Assembly (NCBI GenBank): GCA_026387335.1 | Contig: JAPLLX010000001.1 | Coordinates: 16,489 to 80,488, forward strand | Length of the DNA stretch: 64,000 bases | Reading direction: 5' to 3' | Source of the DNA: Candidatus Omnitrophota bacterium | Lineage (GTDB): Bacteria > Omnitrophota > Gorgyraeia > Gygaellales > Profunditerraquicolaceae | Shown: piece by piece, positions 27,479-37,103 of the stretch | How positions within the stretch are numbered: position 1 is the first letter of the stretch | How the letters are laid out: each line of letters opens with the position of its first letter | Position numbers and translations under genes: made by a program | Notes under the pieces: model-generated | Databases searched by the model: none | Told to the model about the DNA's origin: nothing | The model's input: the letters and a program-made list of their open reading frames with translations, nothing else

Positions 27479-28660
27479 ATGAAGAAAGTGGTGCTAGCGT
27501 ATTCAGGCGGTTTGGATACATCCTGTATAGTCAGATGGCTTAAGGATAAAGGTTATGAAGTCATCTGTTTTATGGCGGATTTAGGCCAGGGTTTAGGCCA
27601 AGGTGAAGACTTAGAGGCAATTGAGGCCAGGGCCCTGGCTGCCGGCGCAACAAAAGTTTACATTAAGGACCTGCAGGATGAGTTTGTGGAAGATTTTGTC
27701 ACTCCGGCTTTACAGGCAAACGCCATTTATGAAGGTAAATATTTATTGGCTACTGCTTTAGGCAGGCCTCTAATCGCCAAATACCTTGTCGAGATCGCCC
27801 ATAAAGAAAAAGCGGACGCAGTGGCCCATGGCTGCACCGGTAAAGGCAATGATCAGGTAAGGATTGAAGTTGCCGCGGGTATCCTTGACCCAAAGTTAGA
27901 TATTCTGGCTCCGGTGAGGACCTGGGAATTTAAATCCAGGGAGGAAGAAATAGAATATGCCAAAGCGCGCAATATCCCGATAGATGTTACGAAGAAAAAA
28001 CCTTATAGTATTGACAGGAATATCTGGGGGATAAGCATTGAGGCGGGCGTATTGGAGGATTTGTCTCAGGAGCCTCCGGAAGACGCCTATATGATTACCA
28101 AGAACCCGATTACGCAGGCAAGTTACCCTAAATATATTGAAGTTTATTTTGAAAAGGGAGTACCGAAGAAAATAGACGGTAAATCCTATAAATTAAAAAA
28201 ACTTATCACGTATTTAAATGAGGTCGGCGGATGTTACGGGGTAGGCAGGTCGGATATGGTTGAAAACAGGCTGGTCGGGATCAAGTCCAGGGAGATCTAT
28301 GAGGCGCCGGCGGCGACGATTTTATATACTGCTCATAAAGAATTAGAAGCGCTGGTATTGGACAGGGAGTCAAGCCACTTTAAGGATATTATCAGCCTTA
28401 AATATGCGGAACTGGTATATAACGGTCTCTGGTTTTCTCCGCTTAAACAGGCAATAGACGGTTTTGTAAAATCAACCCAAAAGCATGTAACCGGTTCGAT
28501 CAGGTTGAAATTATTCAAAGGCAGTTGCGTGGCAGTGGGAAGAAAGTCGCCGCATTCGCTTTATAAAAAAGAGTTGAGCACTTACGGCAAAGAAGATAAG
28601 TTTGACCAGTCGCTTGCCGAGGGGTTTATAAAGATTTGGGGGATGCCTTATAAAAGGTAG
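27479..28660 (+). CDS. argG: argininosuccinate synthase
   Basis: VVLAYSGGLDTS PP-loop, GCTGKGNDQVR. Confidence 0.9.
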   Translation: MKKVVLAYSGGLDTSCIVRWLKDKGYEVICFMADLGQGLGQGEDLEAIEARALAAGATKVYIKDLQDEFVEDFVTPALQANAIYEGKYLLATALGRPLIAKYLVEIAHKEKADAVAHGCTGKGNDQVRIEVAAGILDPKLDILAPVRTWEFKSREEEIEYAKARNIPIDVTKKKPYSIDRNIWGISIEAGVLEDLSQEPPEDAYMITKNPITQASYPKYIEVYFEKGVPKKIDGKSYKLKKLITYLNEVGGCYGVGRSDMVENRLVGIKSREIYEAPAATILYTAHKELEALVLDRESSHFKDIISLKYAELVYNGLWFSPLKQAIDGFVKSTQKHVTGSIRLKLFKGSCVAVGRKSPHSLYKKELSTYGKEDKFDQSLAEGFIKIWGMPYKR

Positions 28661-28680
28661 TAATAGAGGAGAGCGCAATA

Positions 28681-30057
28681 ATGTCAAAAAAACTTTGGGG
28701 AACAAGATTTTCAAAAAAAACAAATTTGCTCACGGATAAGTTTACTTCCAGCATATCTTTTGATAAAAGGCTGGCTAAGTATGATGTCTTAGGGAGTATT
28801 GCCCACGCTAAGATGCTGGGGAAGCAGGGTATAATTCCTAAGTCCGATTCCGCGTCGATTGTTAAGGGGCTTAATTCTATTCTACAGGATTTAAAGAATG
28901 GTAAATTTAAAATTGATCTGGGAGCCGAAGATATTCATTCTAATATTCAGGAGGTTCTTTCTAAGAAAATAGGCAAGGCTGCTTTTAAGCTCCATACGGC
29001 CAGATCCAGAAATGACCAGATAGCCTTGGATATAAAAATGTATATAAAGGATGAGATAGATAATCTGACAGAGTTTGTCTCAGAGCTGCAGAAGGCAATT
29101 TTAAAGCTGGCGGATAAAAACTTTAAGGTGATTATCCCCGGTTATACGCATTTACAGGTGGCCCAATGCGTATTACTGGCGCATCATTTGTTAGCTTATG
29201 TTGAAGGTTTAGAGAGGGATAAAACAAGATTATCCGACGCTAAAGATAGATTAGATTCAATGCCTTTAGGCGCTTGCGCGTTTTCCGGGACCGGCCTGGC
29301 GATCGATAGAAATTATGTCGCTAAAGAACTTGGGTTTAAAAAAGTGAGCGCCAACAGCATAGATTCGGTAAGCGACCGGGATTTTATTATCGAGACCTTG
29401 GCGGCATTGTCCATTCTATCTGTACATCTTTCCAGGATGGCTGAGGACCTGATCCTCTGGTCCACTAAAGAATTTTCTTTTATTGATATTGATTTTTCTT
29501 TTTGCACCGGCTCAAGCATTATGCCGCATAAAAAGAACCCGGATATATTAGAATTAATCCGAGGCTCAGTCGGCAAGATCCAGGGAGACCTCTCCAGCGT
29601 CCTGATATTAATGAAGGGCCTGCCTTCTTCGTATAACCGGGATTTACAGCTGGATAAACCTCCGCTTTTTGACGCGGTAGATACGGTCAAGGATATTCTG
29701 GAGATTTTTGTCGCCTTGTTTGAAAACATTGTCATTGAAAAAGAGGCTGTCGCCAGCCGCTTAGGCGATGAAGCCTTATTTTCAGTCGATGTTGTAGAAT
29801 ACCTGATTAAAAAAGGCATATCCTATAGGGAGGCGCATGATATCGTGGGTTCAATGGTCAGGGACTGCCTGGATAAGGGTAAGAAGATATCCAGTTTAAG
29901 CGCGGCCGAGTTAAAAAAATATTCGGTTAAGCTGCTGCCCGATGTTAAAAGAATATTAAATGCCTGGGCCTCAGTCAACCTAAAGCAATCTTTTGGCAGT
30001 ACAAGCCCGAAGCTAGTGCAAAGAGAGTTGCGGGCCTGGCAGAGAAAGCTGGGATAA
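28681..30057 (+). CDS. argH: argininosuccinate lyase
   Basis: Fumarate-lyase signature GSSIMPHKKNPD. 458 aa. Confidence 0.9.
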   Translation: MSKKLWGTRFSKKTNLLTDKFTSSISFDKRLAKYDVLGSIAHAKMLGKQGIIPKSDSASIVKGLNSILQDLKNGKFKIDLGAEDIHSNIQEVLSKKIGKAAFKLHTARSRNDQIALDIKMYIKDEIDNLTEFVSELQKAILKLADKNFKVIIPGYTHLQVAQCVLLAHHLLAYVEGLERDKTRLSDAKDRLDSMPLGACAFSGTGLAIDRNYVAKELGFKKVSANSIDSVSDRDFIIETLAALSILSVHLSRMAEDLILWSTKEFSFIDIDFSFCTGSSIMPHKKNPDILELIRGSVGKIQGDLSSVLILMKGLPSSYNRDLQLDKPPLFDAVDTVKDILEIFVALFENIVIEKEAVASRLGDEALFSVDVVEYLIKKGISYREAHDIVGSMVRDCLDKGKKISSLSAAELKKYSVKLLPDVKRILNAWASVNLKQSFGSTSPKLVQRELRAWQRKLG

Positions 30058-30061
30058 TTAT

Positions 30062-31312
30062 ATGCACGAATTCAAATTTAAAAGAAATAATTTATATTGC
30101 GAAGAACTGAAAGTGCAGGATTTAGCCAAAAAATTCGGCACCCCGCTTTATATCTATAGTTACCAAACTTTACTCGAACATTTTATTAAGCTGGAGCAGG
30201 CCTTTAGGTCGATTCATCCGCTTATATGCTATTCGGTAAAAGCGAATTCTAATTTAGCTGTTCTTAAAGCTTTGGTAAAAAAAGGGGCGGGGCTGGATGT
30301 TGTTTCGGGGGGTGAGTTATTCCGCGGCTTAAAAGCGGGTTGTCCTCCCGGACGAATAGTTTATGCCTCAGTCGGTAAGACTGACTATGAAATAGAAGAA
30401 GCGATTAAATCGGGTATTTTATTTTTTAATGTCGAGTCTTCTTCGGAATTAAAAAATATCCAGCATATTGCCCGCCGCCTGAAAAGACGCGTAAATGTGG
30501 CTTTGCGCATTAATCCTGACGTTGAACCTAAAACGCATAAATATATTACTACGGGAAAACTGACTAATAAATTCGGAATAGATTTTAAAACCGCCAAACG
30601 GATTATTTTGTTAGCCAGGGGTTTTTCGCATGTAAAAATATCCGGGTTGCATATCCATATCGGGTCGCAAATAACTGCCCCTGAGCCGTTTGTGGCAGCT
30701 ATAGCCAAAGTAACAAGATTTATCTCAAGACTAAGGAAAGAGGGGATAATATTAGAATATTTAAATATCGGAGGAGGCTTGGGGATTATTTATGACAAAG
30801 AAACCCCGCAGACCGCGCTAAAATTTGCCGCTAAGATCCTGCCTTTATTAAGAAAGACAGGCCTTAAGATAATCATGGAGCCGGGCAGGTTTATTGTTGG
30901 CAATGCCGGAATATTAGTAACGAAAGTCCTTTATGTTAAAAATACCCCGAAAAAGAAATTTATTATTGTGGACAGCGGTATGAATGATTTGATCCGTCCG
31001 GCATTATACGAGGCGTATCACAATATAGTGGCTTTAAGTAAAATAAATAGAACTGAGAAAGCGGATGTTGTCGGGCCAATATGCGAGAGCGGAGATTTTT
31101 TTGCTAAAGACAGGACTTTGCCTAAAGTGGAAGAGGGAAGTTATCTGGCGGTTATGGGAGCGGGCGCGTACGGTTTCAGTATGTCCAGCAATTATAACTC
31201 TCGGCGCAGGGCCCAAGAGGTAATGGTAATCAAAGATAAAGTATTTGTAATCCGTAAACGGGAAACTTATGAGGATCTAACGCGTAATGAAGTTATCCCC
31301 GCGTTTTTATAG
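30062..31312 (+). CDS. lysA: diaminopimelate decarboxylase
   Basis: YSVKANSNLAVL PLP-Lys region, HIGSQI, EPGR, CESGD. Confidence 0.9.
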   Translation: MHEFKFKRNNLYCEELKVQDLAKKFGTPLYIYSYQTLLEHFIKLEQAFRSIHPLICYSVKANSNLAVLKALVKKGAGLDVVSGGELFRGLKAGCPPGRIVYASVGKTDYEIEEAIKSGILFFNVESSSELKNIQHIARRLKRRVNVALRINPDVEPKTHKYITTGKLTNKFGIDFKTAKRIILLARGFSHVKISGLHIHIGSQITAPEPFVAAIAKVTRFISRLRKEGIILEYLNIGGGLGIIYDKETPQTALKFAAKILPLLRKTGLKIIMEPGRFIVGNAGILVTKVLYVKNTPKKKFIIVDSGMNDLIRPALYEAYHNIVALSKINRTEKADVVGPICESGDFFAKDRTLPKVEEGSYLAVMGAGAYGFSMSSNYNSRRRAQEVMVIKDKVFVIRKRETYEDLTRNEVIPAFL

Positions 31313-31315
31313 AAT

Positions 31316-32122
31316 ATGATTAAAAAAATAGAATTTACTAAAATGGTGGCTTCCGGGAATGATTTTGTAGTCATTAAGTCGGAGCCGGAGTCCGTTTCTT
31401 TAAAGAAACTGGCAAGAGAGATTTGCGACAGGAAATTCGGGGTTGGCGCAGACGGCTTGCTTGTTTTAAGCAGGATTAGTCCGGATACTATCCGTATGCG
31501 GATTTTTAATAGCGACGGTTCAGAGGCTCAGATGTGCGGTAACGGCTCACGCTGCGCCGCGCTTTACACCGGAAAAAAGGATATTAAAATTAAGACCTTG
31601 GCCGGGATTATCATGGCTAAAGTAAACGCGGATAATGTTAAAGTAAGACTTTCTAAGCCTAAAGATTTAAAATTGGGTATTCCCATTAAGGTCAGCGGCA
31701 GGAGCTTAGCGGTTAATTTTATTAATACCGGAGTCCCGCATACGGTAATATTTGTTGAAGGGATAGAGAAGATAAATGTGCAAGAAATCGGTAGAGAAAT
31801 ACGCCGGCATAAAAAATTTCTCCCCGCCGGAACAAACGTTGATTTTGTGGAAATCCTGAGTAAGGATTCCTTAAGGATCCGTACCTATGAAAGAGGGGTT
31901 GAGGATGAAACTCTTGCCTGTGGGACAGGAAGCGTTGCCGCCGCGTTAATTTTTGCTTTAAAGACGCATAGTGTTTTGCCTAAAATCAATATGCATACAA
32001 AAAGCGGAGAAATCCTGAAAGTATATTTTAAAAAGGATGGGCTTAAATTTTCAGAAGCCTGGCTGGAAGGAAAAGCGAAAATAGTTTATAGAGGAGAATA
32101 CCTATGTTTAAAGGCTCGATAG
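31316..32122 (+). CDS. dapF: diaminopimelate epimerase
   Basis: FTKMVASGNDFVVI and catalytic Cys motifs CGNGSRC / ACGTGS. Confidence 0.9.
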   Translation: MIKKIEFTKMVASGNDFVVIKSEPESVSLKKLAREICDRKFGVGADGLLVLSRISPDTIRMRIFNSDGSEAQMCGNGSRCAALYTGKKDIKIKTLAGIIMAKVNADNVKVRLSKPKDLKLGIPIKVSGRSLAVNFINTGVPHTVIFVEGIEKINVQEIGREIRRHKKFLPAGTNVDFVEILSKDSLRIRTYERGVEDETLACGTGSVAAALIFALKTHSVLPKINMHTKSGEILKVYFKKDGLKFSEAWLEGKAKIVYRGEYLCLKAR

Positions 32123-32979
32123 TTGCTATTGTAACGCCATTTAGAAATGGCAAAGTTGATGAAAAGAAACTGCGGGAGCTCATTGATTTTCAGATTAAAA
32201 ACGGTTCCAGAGGGATTGTGCCTTGCGGGACAACCGGGGAGTCGGCTACTTTGTCTTTTGAGGAACATGAACGGGTAATTGAAATTACTATTGAGCAGGT
32301 CAATAAAAGAGTTCCGGTTATCGCCGGGACAGGCTCTAATTCTACGCAAGAGGCTATAATGTTAACTAAACAGGCGGCTAGTTCCGGAGCAGACGCGTCG
32401 TTACAGGTCTCTCCGTATTATAACCGTCCGACCCAAAAGGGCCTGTATGAACATTTTAAGGCCGTCGCGGATTCAGTTAAAATCCCGATCATTCTTTATA
32501 ATATTGCTGGTAGGACCGGGGTTAATATTGAGCCGGAGACAATCGCGAAGCTAGCTAATGATTGCAAAAATATCGTGGCAGTAAAAGAGGCATCGGGAAA
32601 TTTGGAGCAGATGTCGCGGATAAAAGCGCTCTGTCCCCCAAATTTCCAACTTACTTCCGGAGATGACGGACTGACGCTTCCGGTATTAAGTATCGGCGGA
32701 GTGGGGATAATCTCGGTAGTAGCCAATATTGTGCCGGCAGATGTGGCGAATTTAGTCAGCGCGTTTGAAAAAGGGGATATTAAGCAAGCGCAAAGCCTGC
32801 ATTATAAATTACTGCCGTTAGTCAAAGCCATTTTTATTGAAACTAATCCTATTCCGGTTAAGACCGCGTTGGGATTAATGGGTATGTGTGAGCCGGATTT
32901 ACGTCTACCGATGTGCGCGATGTCGGCTGATAATCTGGAGAAACTTAAAAAAGCCTTAAGGGATTACAGGCTTCTCTAA
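32104..32979 (+). CDS. dapA: 4-hydroxy-tetrahydrodipicolinate synthase
   Basis: GSIVAIVTPF, GTTGES, active-site Lys in VAVKEASG. Confidence 0.9.
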   Translation: MFKGSIVAIVTPFRNGKVDEKKLRELIDFQIKNGSRGIVPCGTTGESATLSFEEHERVIEITIEQVNKRVPVIAGTGSNSTQEAIMLTKQAASSGADASLQVSPYYNRPTQKGLYEHFKAVADSVKIPIILYNIAGRTGVNIEPETIAKLANDCKNIVAVKEASGNLEQMSRIKALCPPNFQLTSGDDGLTLPVLSIGGVGIISVVANIVPADVANLVSAFEKGDIKQAQSLHYKLLPLVKAIFIETNPIPVKTALGLMGMCEPDLRLPMCAMSADNLEKLKKALRDYRLL

Positions 32980-32995
32980 AAAAGAGGAGAAAATA

Positions 32996-33706
32996 ATGAT
33001 AAAGTTGGGAGTTGCGGGTGTCTGCGGAAAAATGGGGAGGCGTATTTTTGAGCTAGCCTCATTTGATAAAGATTTTGAACTGGCTCTGGCCCTGGAGAAA
33101 AAAGGGACTCCAGCCATAGGTAAGGATATAGGAAAACTAAAAATATCCTCTACCCAGGACGGGCTGTTTCTTGTTGATGTGCTGGTGGATTTTACCGTGC
33201 CTGAGGCAACTGAAGCGAATCTTGATTATGTCGCCAAATATAAGAAAGCGCTTGTGCTGGGGACAACCGGTTTAAGTGAGGCGCAGATAAAAAAAGTGGA
33301 AGAGGTTTCCGGCGTTGTGCCGGTAGTCTTTACTCCGAATATGGCTATAGGCGTAAATGTATTATTCTCAATCTTACCGGATATAGCTAAAAGGTTAGGT
33401 CCGGATTACAGTATTGAGATAGTGGAGGCGCATCATAAAACCAAAAAAGACGCTCCTTCGGGAACAGCTAAAAAATTAGCCGCCATACTTAATGAAGTTA
33501 GTAAAAAAGCGGTGCCTACGCATTCAGTCCGCTTGGGAGATATTGTGGGTGACCATACGGTTATATTCTGCGGAAATTCCGAGCGCATTGAAATTAAGCA
33601 TCAGGCGCATTCGCGGGATTTATTTGCTTTAGGCGCTTTGAAGGCGGCGAAATGGGTTTTGGGAAAACCCGCCGGACTTTATTCCATGCAAGATGTACTA
33701 AAATAA
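32996..33706 (+). CDS. dapB: 4-hydroxy-tetrahydrodipicolinate reductase
   Basis: KLGVAGVCGKMGRR, EAHHKTKKDAPSGTA signature. Confidence 0.9.
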   Translation: MIKLGVAGVCGKMGRRIFELASFDKDFELALALEKKGTPAIGKDIGKLKISSTQDGLFLVDVLVDFTVPEATEANLDYVAKYKKALVLGTTGLSEAQIKKVEEVSGVVPVVFTPNMAIGVNVLFSILPDIAKRLGPDYSIEIVEAHHKTKKDAPSGTAKKLAAILNEVSKKAVPTHSVRLGDIVGDHTVIFCGNSERIEIKHQAHSRDLFALGALKAAKWVLGKPAGLYSMQDVLK

Positions 33707-33714
33707 GGACAGTT

Positions 33715-34872
33715 ATGTTTAAACTATCTAAAAAATTACAGGCATTACCCGAGTATTTATTTCTGGAAATCGACAAAGCTAAAAGGCAGGCCCGCGCGCA
33801 AGGCCGCGATATTATTGACTTAGGAATTGGTGACCCTGACCAGCCTACGCCTAAACATATAGTGGAAGCATTGTATCAGGCAGCGCTTGAGCCGGCTAAC
33901 CACCGTTACGCGTTAGACCAGGGTATGCCGGTTTTACGCCGTTCAATCGCAGCCTGGTATAAACAAAGGTTTAAAGTCAGTCTTAATCCGGATTCCCAGA
34001 TCCTTCCGTTAATAGGTTCCAAAGAAGGTCTCGCCCATTTTCCTCTCGCCTTCTTAAATCCGGGAGATTACTCTTTAGTCCCGGACCCCTGTTATCCTCC
34101 TTATAAAGGCGGGACAATTTTAGCCGGAGGCTTGCCCTATCTTATGCCGCTCATTGAAAAAAATGCCTTTCTGCCGGATTTAAAGAAAATACCGTTAAGC
34201 GCGCGCAAAAAAGCAAAAATAATCTTTGTTAATTATCCTAATAATCCGACTTCCGCGACCGCGGACAAAAATTTCTATAAAGAACTTATTGATTTTGCGC
34301 ATAAAAATAAAGTTATTATTATCTCGGACCTGGCTTATTCTGAAATGTGCTATGACGGGTATCGTGCGCAAAGCATATTGGAATTTGACGGGGCTCGAGA
34401 AGTCGCGATAGAATTTCATTCGTTATCCAAGACTTATAATATGACCGGTTGGCGCGTAGGCTGGGCCTGCGGAAACGAAAAATTAATCGCGGCTTTAGCC
34501 AAAGTTAAGTCTAATATTGATTCCGGGATCTTCTCGGCGGTGCAGTTGGCCGGGATTGCCGCGCTGAGTGGCCCGCAAGAGCACATTGAACACATGTGCA
34601 CCCTCTACCAAGAGAGGCGGGATGTCCTGATGCATGGTTTAGATTCTTTAGGCTGGCAGCTAAATTGCCCCAAGGCCACATTTTATGTCTGGATTAAAGT
34701 CCCTAAAGGAAAAGATTCTATAAAGTTCTCGGGTAGGTTATTAGAGAAGGCCAACATCGTCGTTACTCCCGGGGTTGGATTTGGTAAATTTGGTGAAGGC
34801 TACATTCGGATGGCGCTTACCGTGAACAAAGAACGGATAAGAGAAGCGCTGGATAGGTTAAAACACATTTAA
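33715..34872 (+). CDS. dapL: LL-diaminopimelate aminotransferase (DapL-type) / class I aminotransferase
   Basis: LPEYLFLEID N-terminal motif typical of DapL. PLP Lys in SLSKTYNMTGWR. ATG 33715 preferred over the upstream in-frame extension, since RBS AAGGA sits just before it and the dapB stop is at 33706. Confidence 0.75.
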   Translation: MFKLSKKLQALPEYLFLEIDKAKRQARAQGRDIIDLGIGDPDQPTPKHIVEALYQAALEPANHRYALDQGMPVLRRSIAAWYKQRFKVSLNPDSQILPLIGSKEGLAHFPLAFLNPGDYSLVPDPCYPPYKGGTILAGGLPYLMPLIEKNAFLPDLKKIPLSARKKAKIIFVNYPNNPTSATADKNFYKELIDFAHKNKVIIISDLAYSEMCYDGYRAQSILEFDGAREVAIEFHSLSKTYNMTGWRVGWACGNEKLIAALAKVKSNIDSGIFSAVQLAGIAALSGPQEHIEHMCTLYQERRDVLMHGLDSLGWQLNCPKATFYVWIKVPKGKDSIKFSGRLLEKANIVVTPGVGFGKFGEGYIRMALTVNKERIREALDRLKHI

Positions 34873-34920
34873 TAAAACGTCATTGCGAAGCGCCGTAGGC
34901 GCTGAAGCAATCCCTGAATT

Positions 34921-35322
34921 ATGGTAACTTGCTATCTAGGAGTTGGCTCAAACTTAGGCAATAGACGCAAGAACATCAAGGAAGCCGTTAGGAAAATAAA
35001 TTTGTTGAAAAACACAAGAGTATTAAAACAATCCCGGTTAATCCTCACAAATCCCGTCGGAGGCCCTGGCGGGCAGCCTAAATTTTTAAACGCGGCTTTT
35101 AAGATCAAGACCGGCCTTACGCCTTTTGGTCTTCTAAAAGCGCTGAAGAATATTGAAAAACAATTAGGCCGCCTAACTTCCGTTAGAAACGGTCCGCGCA
35201 AAATAGATTTGGATATCTTACTTTACGGGGATAAGATTATAGACCGCAAAGGGCTGATTATCCCTCATCCGCGCCTGTTCACCAGAGATTTTGTGATCAG
35301 GCCGTTAATAGAGGTAATATGA
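34921..35322 (+). CDS. folK: 2-amino-4-hydroxy-6-hydroxymethyldihydropteridine pyrophosphokinase
   Basis: YLGVGSNLGNR...KIDLDILLYGD..IPHPR: HPPK motifs. Confidence 0.8.
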   Translation: MVTCYLGVGSNLGNRRKNIKEAVRKINLLKNTRVLKQSRLILTNPVGGPGGQPKFLNAAFKIKTGLTPFGLLKALKNIEKQLGRLTSVRNGPRKIDLDILLYGDKIIDRKGLIIPHPRLFTRDFVIRPLIEVI

Positions 35323-36203
35323 AGATAATAAAAGCGCCGGATAAGTTGTTTAAAGATCTTAAAAAGTTTAAAATTTCCGGCAAGTCCATTGGTTTTGTCC
35401 CGACTATGGGCGCTTTACATGCCGGGCATTTAAGTTTAATTGCCCAAGCGCGCAAAGAGAATAAAATCGTGGTTGTAAGCATATTCGTAAACCCCAAGCA
35501 ATTCGGCCCTCAAGAAGACTTAAAGGTTTATCCCCGTCCGCTAAAAAAAGACCTGTTACTCTGTAAAAAAGAAAAAGTTGATTATGTTTTCCTTCCCGGA
35601 GCAAATGCTCTGTACGCCGAGGGTTTTTCCACTTATGTAGATGTTGAGGGTTTAAGCGCAGTGCTTTGTGGAAAGTCCCGCCCGGGACATTTTCGCGGCG
35701 TGGCCACGATAGTAACGAAGTTATTTAACCTTGTCCAACCGGATGTTGCTTATTTCGGGCAGAAAGACGCGCAACAGGCAAGCATCATCAAAAAAATGAC
35801 AAAAGACTTAAACTTTCCGGTTAAAATAAAAATTATGCCTACTCTGCGTGAAAAAGACGGTTTGGCCATGAGTTCAAGGAATGCGTATCTGGGGAAACAG
35901 GAGAGGAAAGATGCCTTGGTGTTATCCCGCGCGTTAAACTTAGCTAAAGTTTTAATCAGGGGAGGGGCTAAGGATACGGTTAGGATTATTAGCCGGATGA
36001 AACAGTTGATCAGCAAGAATAAAAACGCAAAGCTTGATTATATCGCTATTGTTGATTCAGAAAACCTAAAACCTCTTAAAATAATTTCCGGTAATTATTT
36101 GATTGCTTTAGCGCTAAATATTAAAAAGGTGCGTTTAATAGATAATTTTCAGGGACGGTTCTCAACTCAAAGCAAAAGTGTCCCCAATATGGGGACACTT
36201 TAA
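35319..36203 (+). CDS. panC: pantoate--beta-alanine ligase; the last ~17 codons are read from the 78-bp repeat
   Basis: FVPTMGALHAGHLSLI HxGH motif. 294 aa ORF ends inside repeat copy 3. Confidence 0.85.
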   Translation: MKIIKAPDKLFKDLKKFKISGKSIGFVPTMGALHAGHLSLIAQARKENKIVVVSIFVNPKQFGPQEDLKVYPRPLKKDLLLCKKEKVDYVFLPGANALYAEGFSTYVDVEGLSAVLCGKSRPGHFRGVATIVTKLFNLVQPDVAYFGQKDAQQASIIKKMTKDLNFPVKIKIMPTLREKDGLAMSSRNAYLGKQERKDALVLSRALNLAKVLIRGGAKDTVRIISRMKQLISKNKNAKLDYIAIVDSENLKPLKIISGNYLIALALNIKKVRLIDNFQGRFSTQSKSVPNMGTL

Positions 36204-36227
36204 GATTGGCTTGAGAACCGTCCCTAA
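36151..36227 (+). repeat. 78-bp nested-palindrome repeat element, copy 3 (overlaps panC 3' end)
   Basis: AGGGACGGTTCTCAACTCAAAGCAAAAGTGTCCCCAATATGGGGACACTTTAAGATTGGCTTGAGAACCGTCCCTAA. Inner 11-bp stem is perfect here (AAAGTGTCCCC/GGGGACACTTT). Confidence 0.75.
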
Positions 36228-36233
36228 ATAGAT

Positions 36234-37052
36234 ATGGATAAACTAAAAATCGGAATTGTCGGCTGCGGGGCGATAGGAAGTTCCTTGGCTAAGGTAATTG
36301 TTAAGGAGTTTTCTAAAGAAGCCAAGCTTGGCGGGCTTTATGACCTGGATAAGAAGAAGACTAAAGATTTATCTAAAAAATTATCCGGCTCTTCTTTAGC
36401 AATGGATAATCTTAAACAGCTGATTAACAAATCAGAGTTAGTGGTTGAAGCTGCTTCGGCAAAAGTATCCTGGGATATAGCTAAATATGCGTTAGCCAGC
36501 GGTAAAGATATTATGATTATGAGCGTGGGCGGGGTAGCCAACCGTCTTAAGCAGCTGACCGCGTTAGCTAAAAAGAATGGCGGTCGGGTTTATATACCCA
36601 GCGGCGCTCTCTGCGGGATTGACGCTGTAAAAGCTGCCAGCGTGGGGAAGATAAAAAAAGTTACCCTTACTACTACTAAGCACCCGTTATCTTTTAAGGG
36701 AGTCAAGTTTGTCGAGGATAAAAGAATAAAGCTATCCGGGATAAAGAAAGATACGCTCTTATTCTCAGGCACGGCCCGCGAGGCAGTCAAGTTTTTCCCT
36801 CAAAATATCAATGTTGCCGCGGTGTTAGGCCTGGCCGGCGTAGGCGTAAATAATACTTATGTCAGGATCATTGCTTCGCCGAAAGCCACCAAGAATATAC
36901 ATGAAGTAAGGGTAGAAGCTGAAGCCGGAAATATCTCTACTCGCACTGAGAATATTTTACATCCGGATAACCCTAAGACTAGCTTTCTGGCGGTCTTATC
37001 AGCGATTGCAACTTTAAAGCAGATTTTGCAGCCGGTCAAAATTGGAACTTAA
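36234..37052 (+). CDS. nadX: L-aspartate dehydrogenase (NadX family)
   Basis: KIGIVGCGAIGS, PSGALCGIDAV, FPQNINVAAVLG, NIHEV, HPDNPKTSF match NadX blocks known from Thermotoga-type enzymes. Confidence 0.7.
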   Translation: MDKLKIGIVGCGAIGSSLAKVIVKEFSKEAKLGGLYDLDKKKTKDLSKKLSGSSLAMDNLKQLINKSELVVEAASAKVSWDIAKYALASGKDIMIMSVGGVANRLKQLTALAKKNGGRVYIPSGALCGIDAVKAASVGKIKKVTLTTTKHPLSFKGVKFVEDKRIKLSGIKKDTLLFSGTAREAVKFFPQNINVAAVLGLAGVGVNNTYVRIIASPKATKNIHEVRVEAEAGNISTRTENILHPDNPKTSFLAVLSAIATLKQILQPVKIGT

Positions 37053-37103
37053 ATAAATATGTTGGATACATAATTTATAAAAAGAAGGGGGGTGAATCAG
37101 AAA

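Noticed and set aside
33652-33714. Upstream in-frame extension of dapL (ORF track start 33652)
   Set aside because: It would overlap dapB by 55 nt. The ATG at 33715 has an RBS and yields the conserved LPEYLF N-terminus.
34873-34920. Hairpin agcgcc-gta-ggcgct between dapL and folK
   Set aside because: 6-bp stem without T-tract. Not convincing as terminator or regulatory site.
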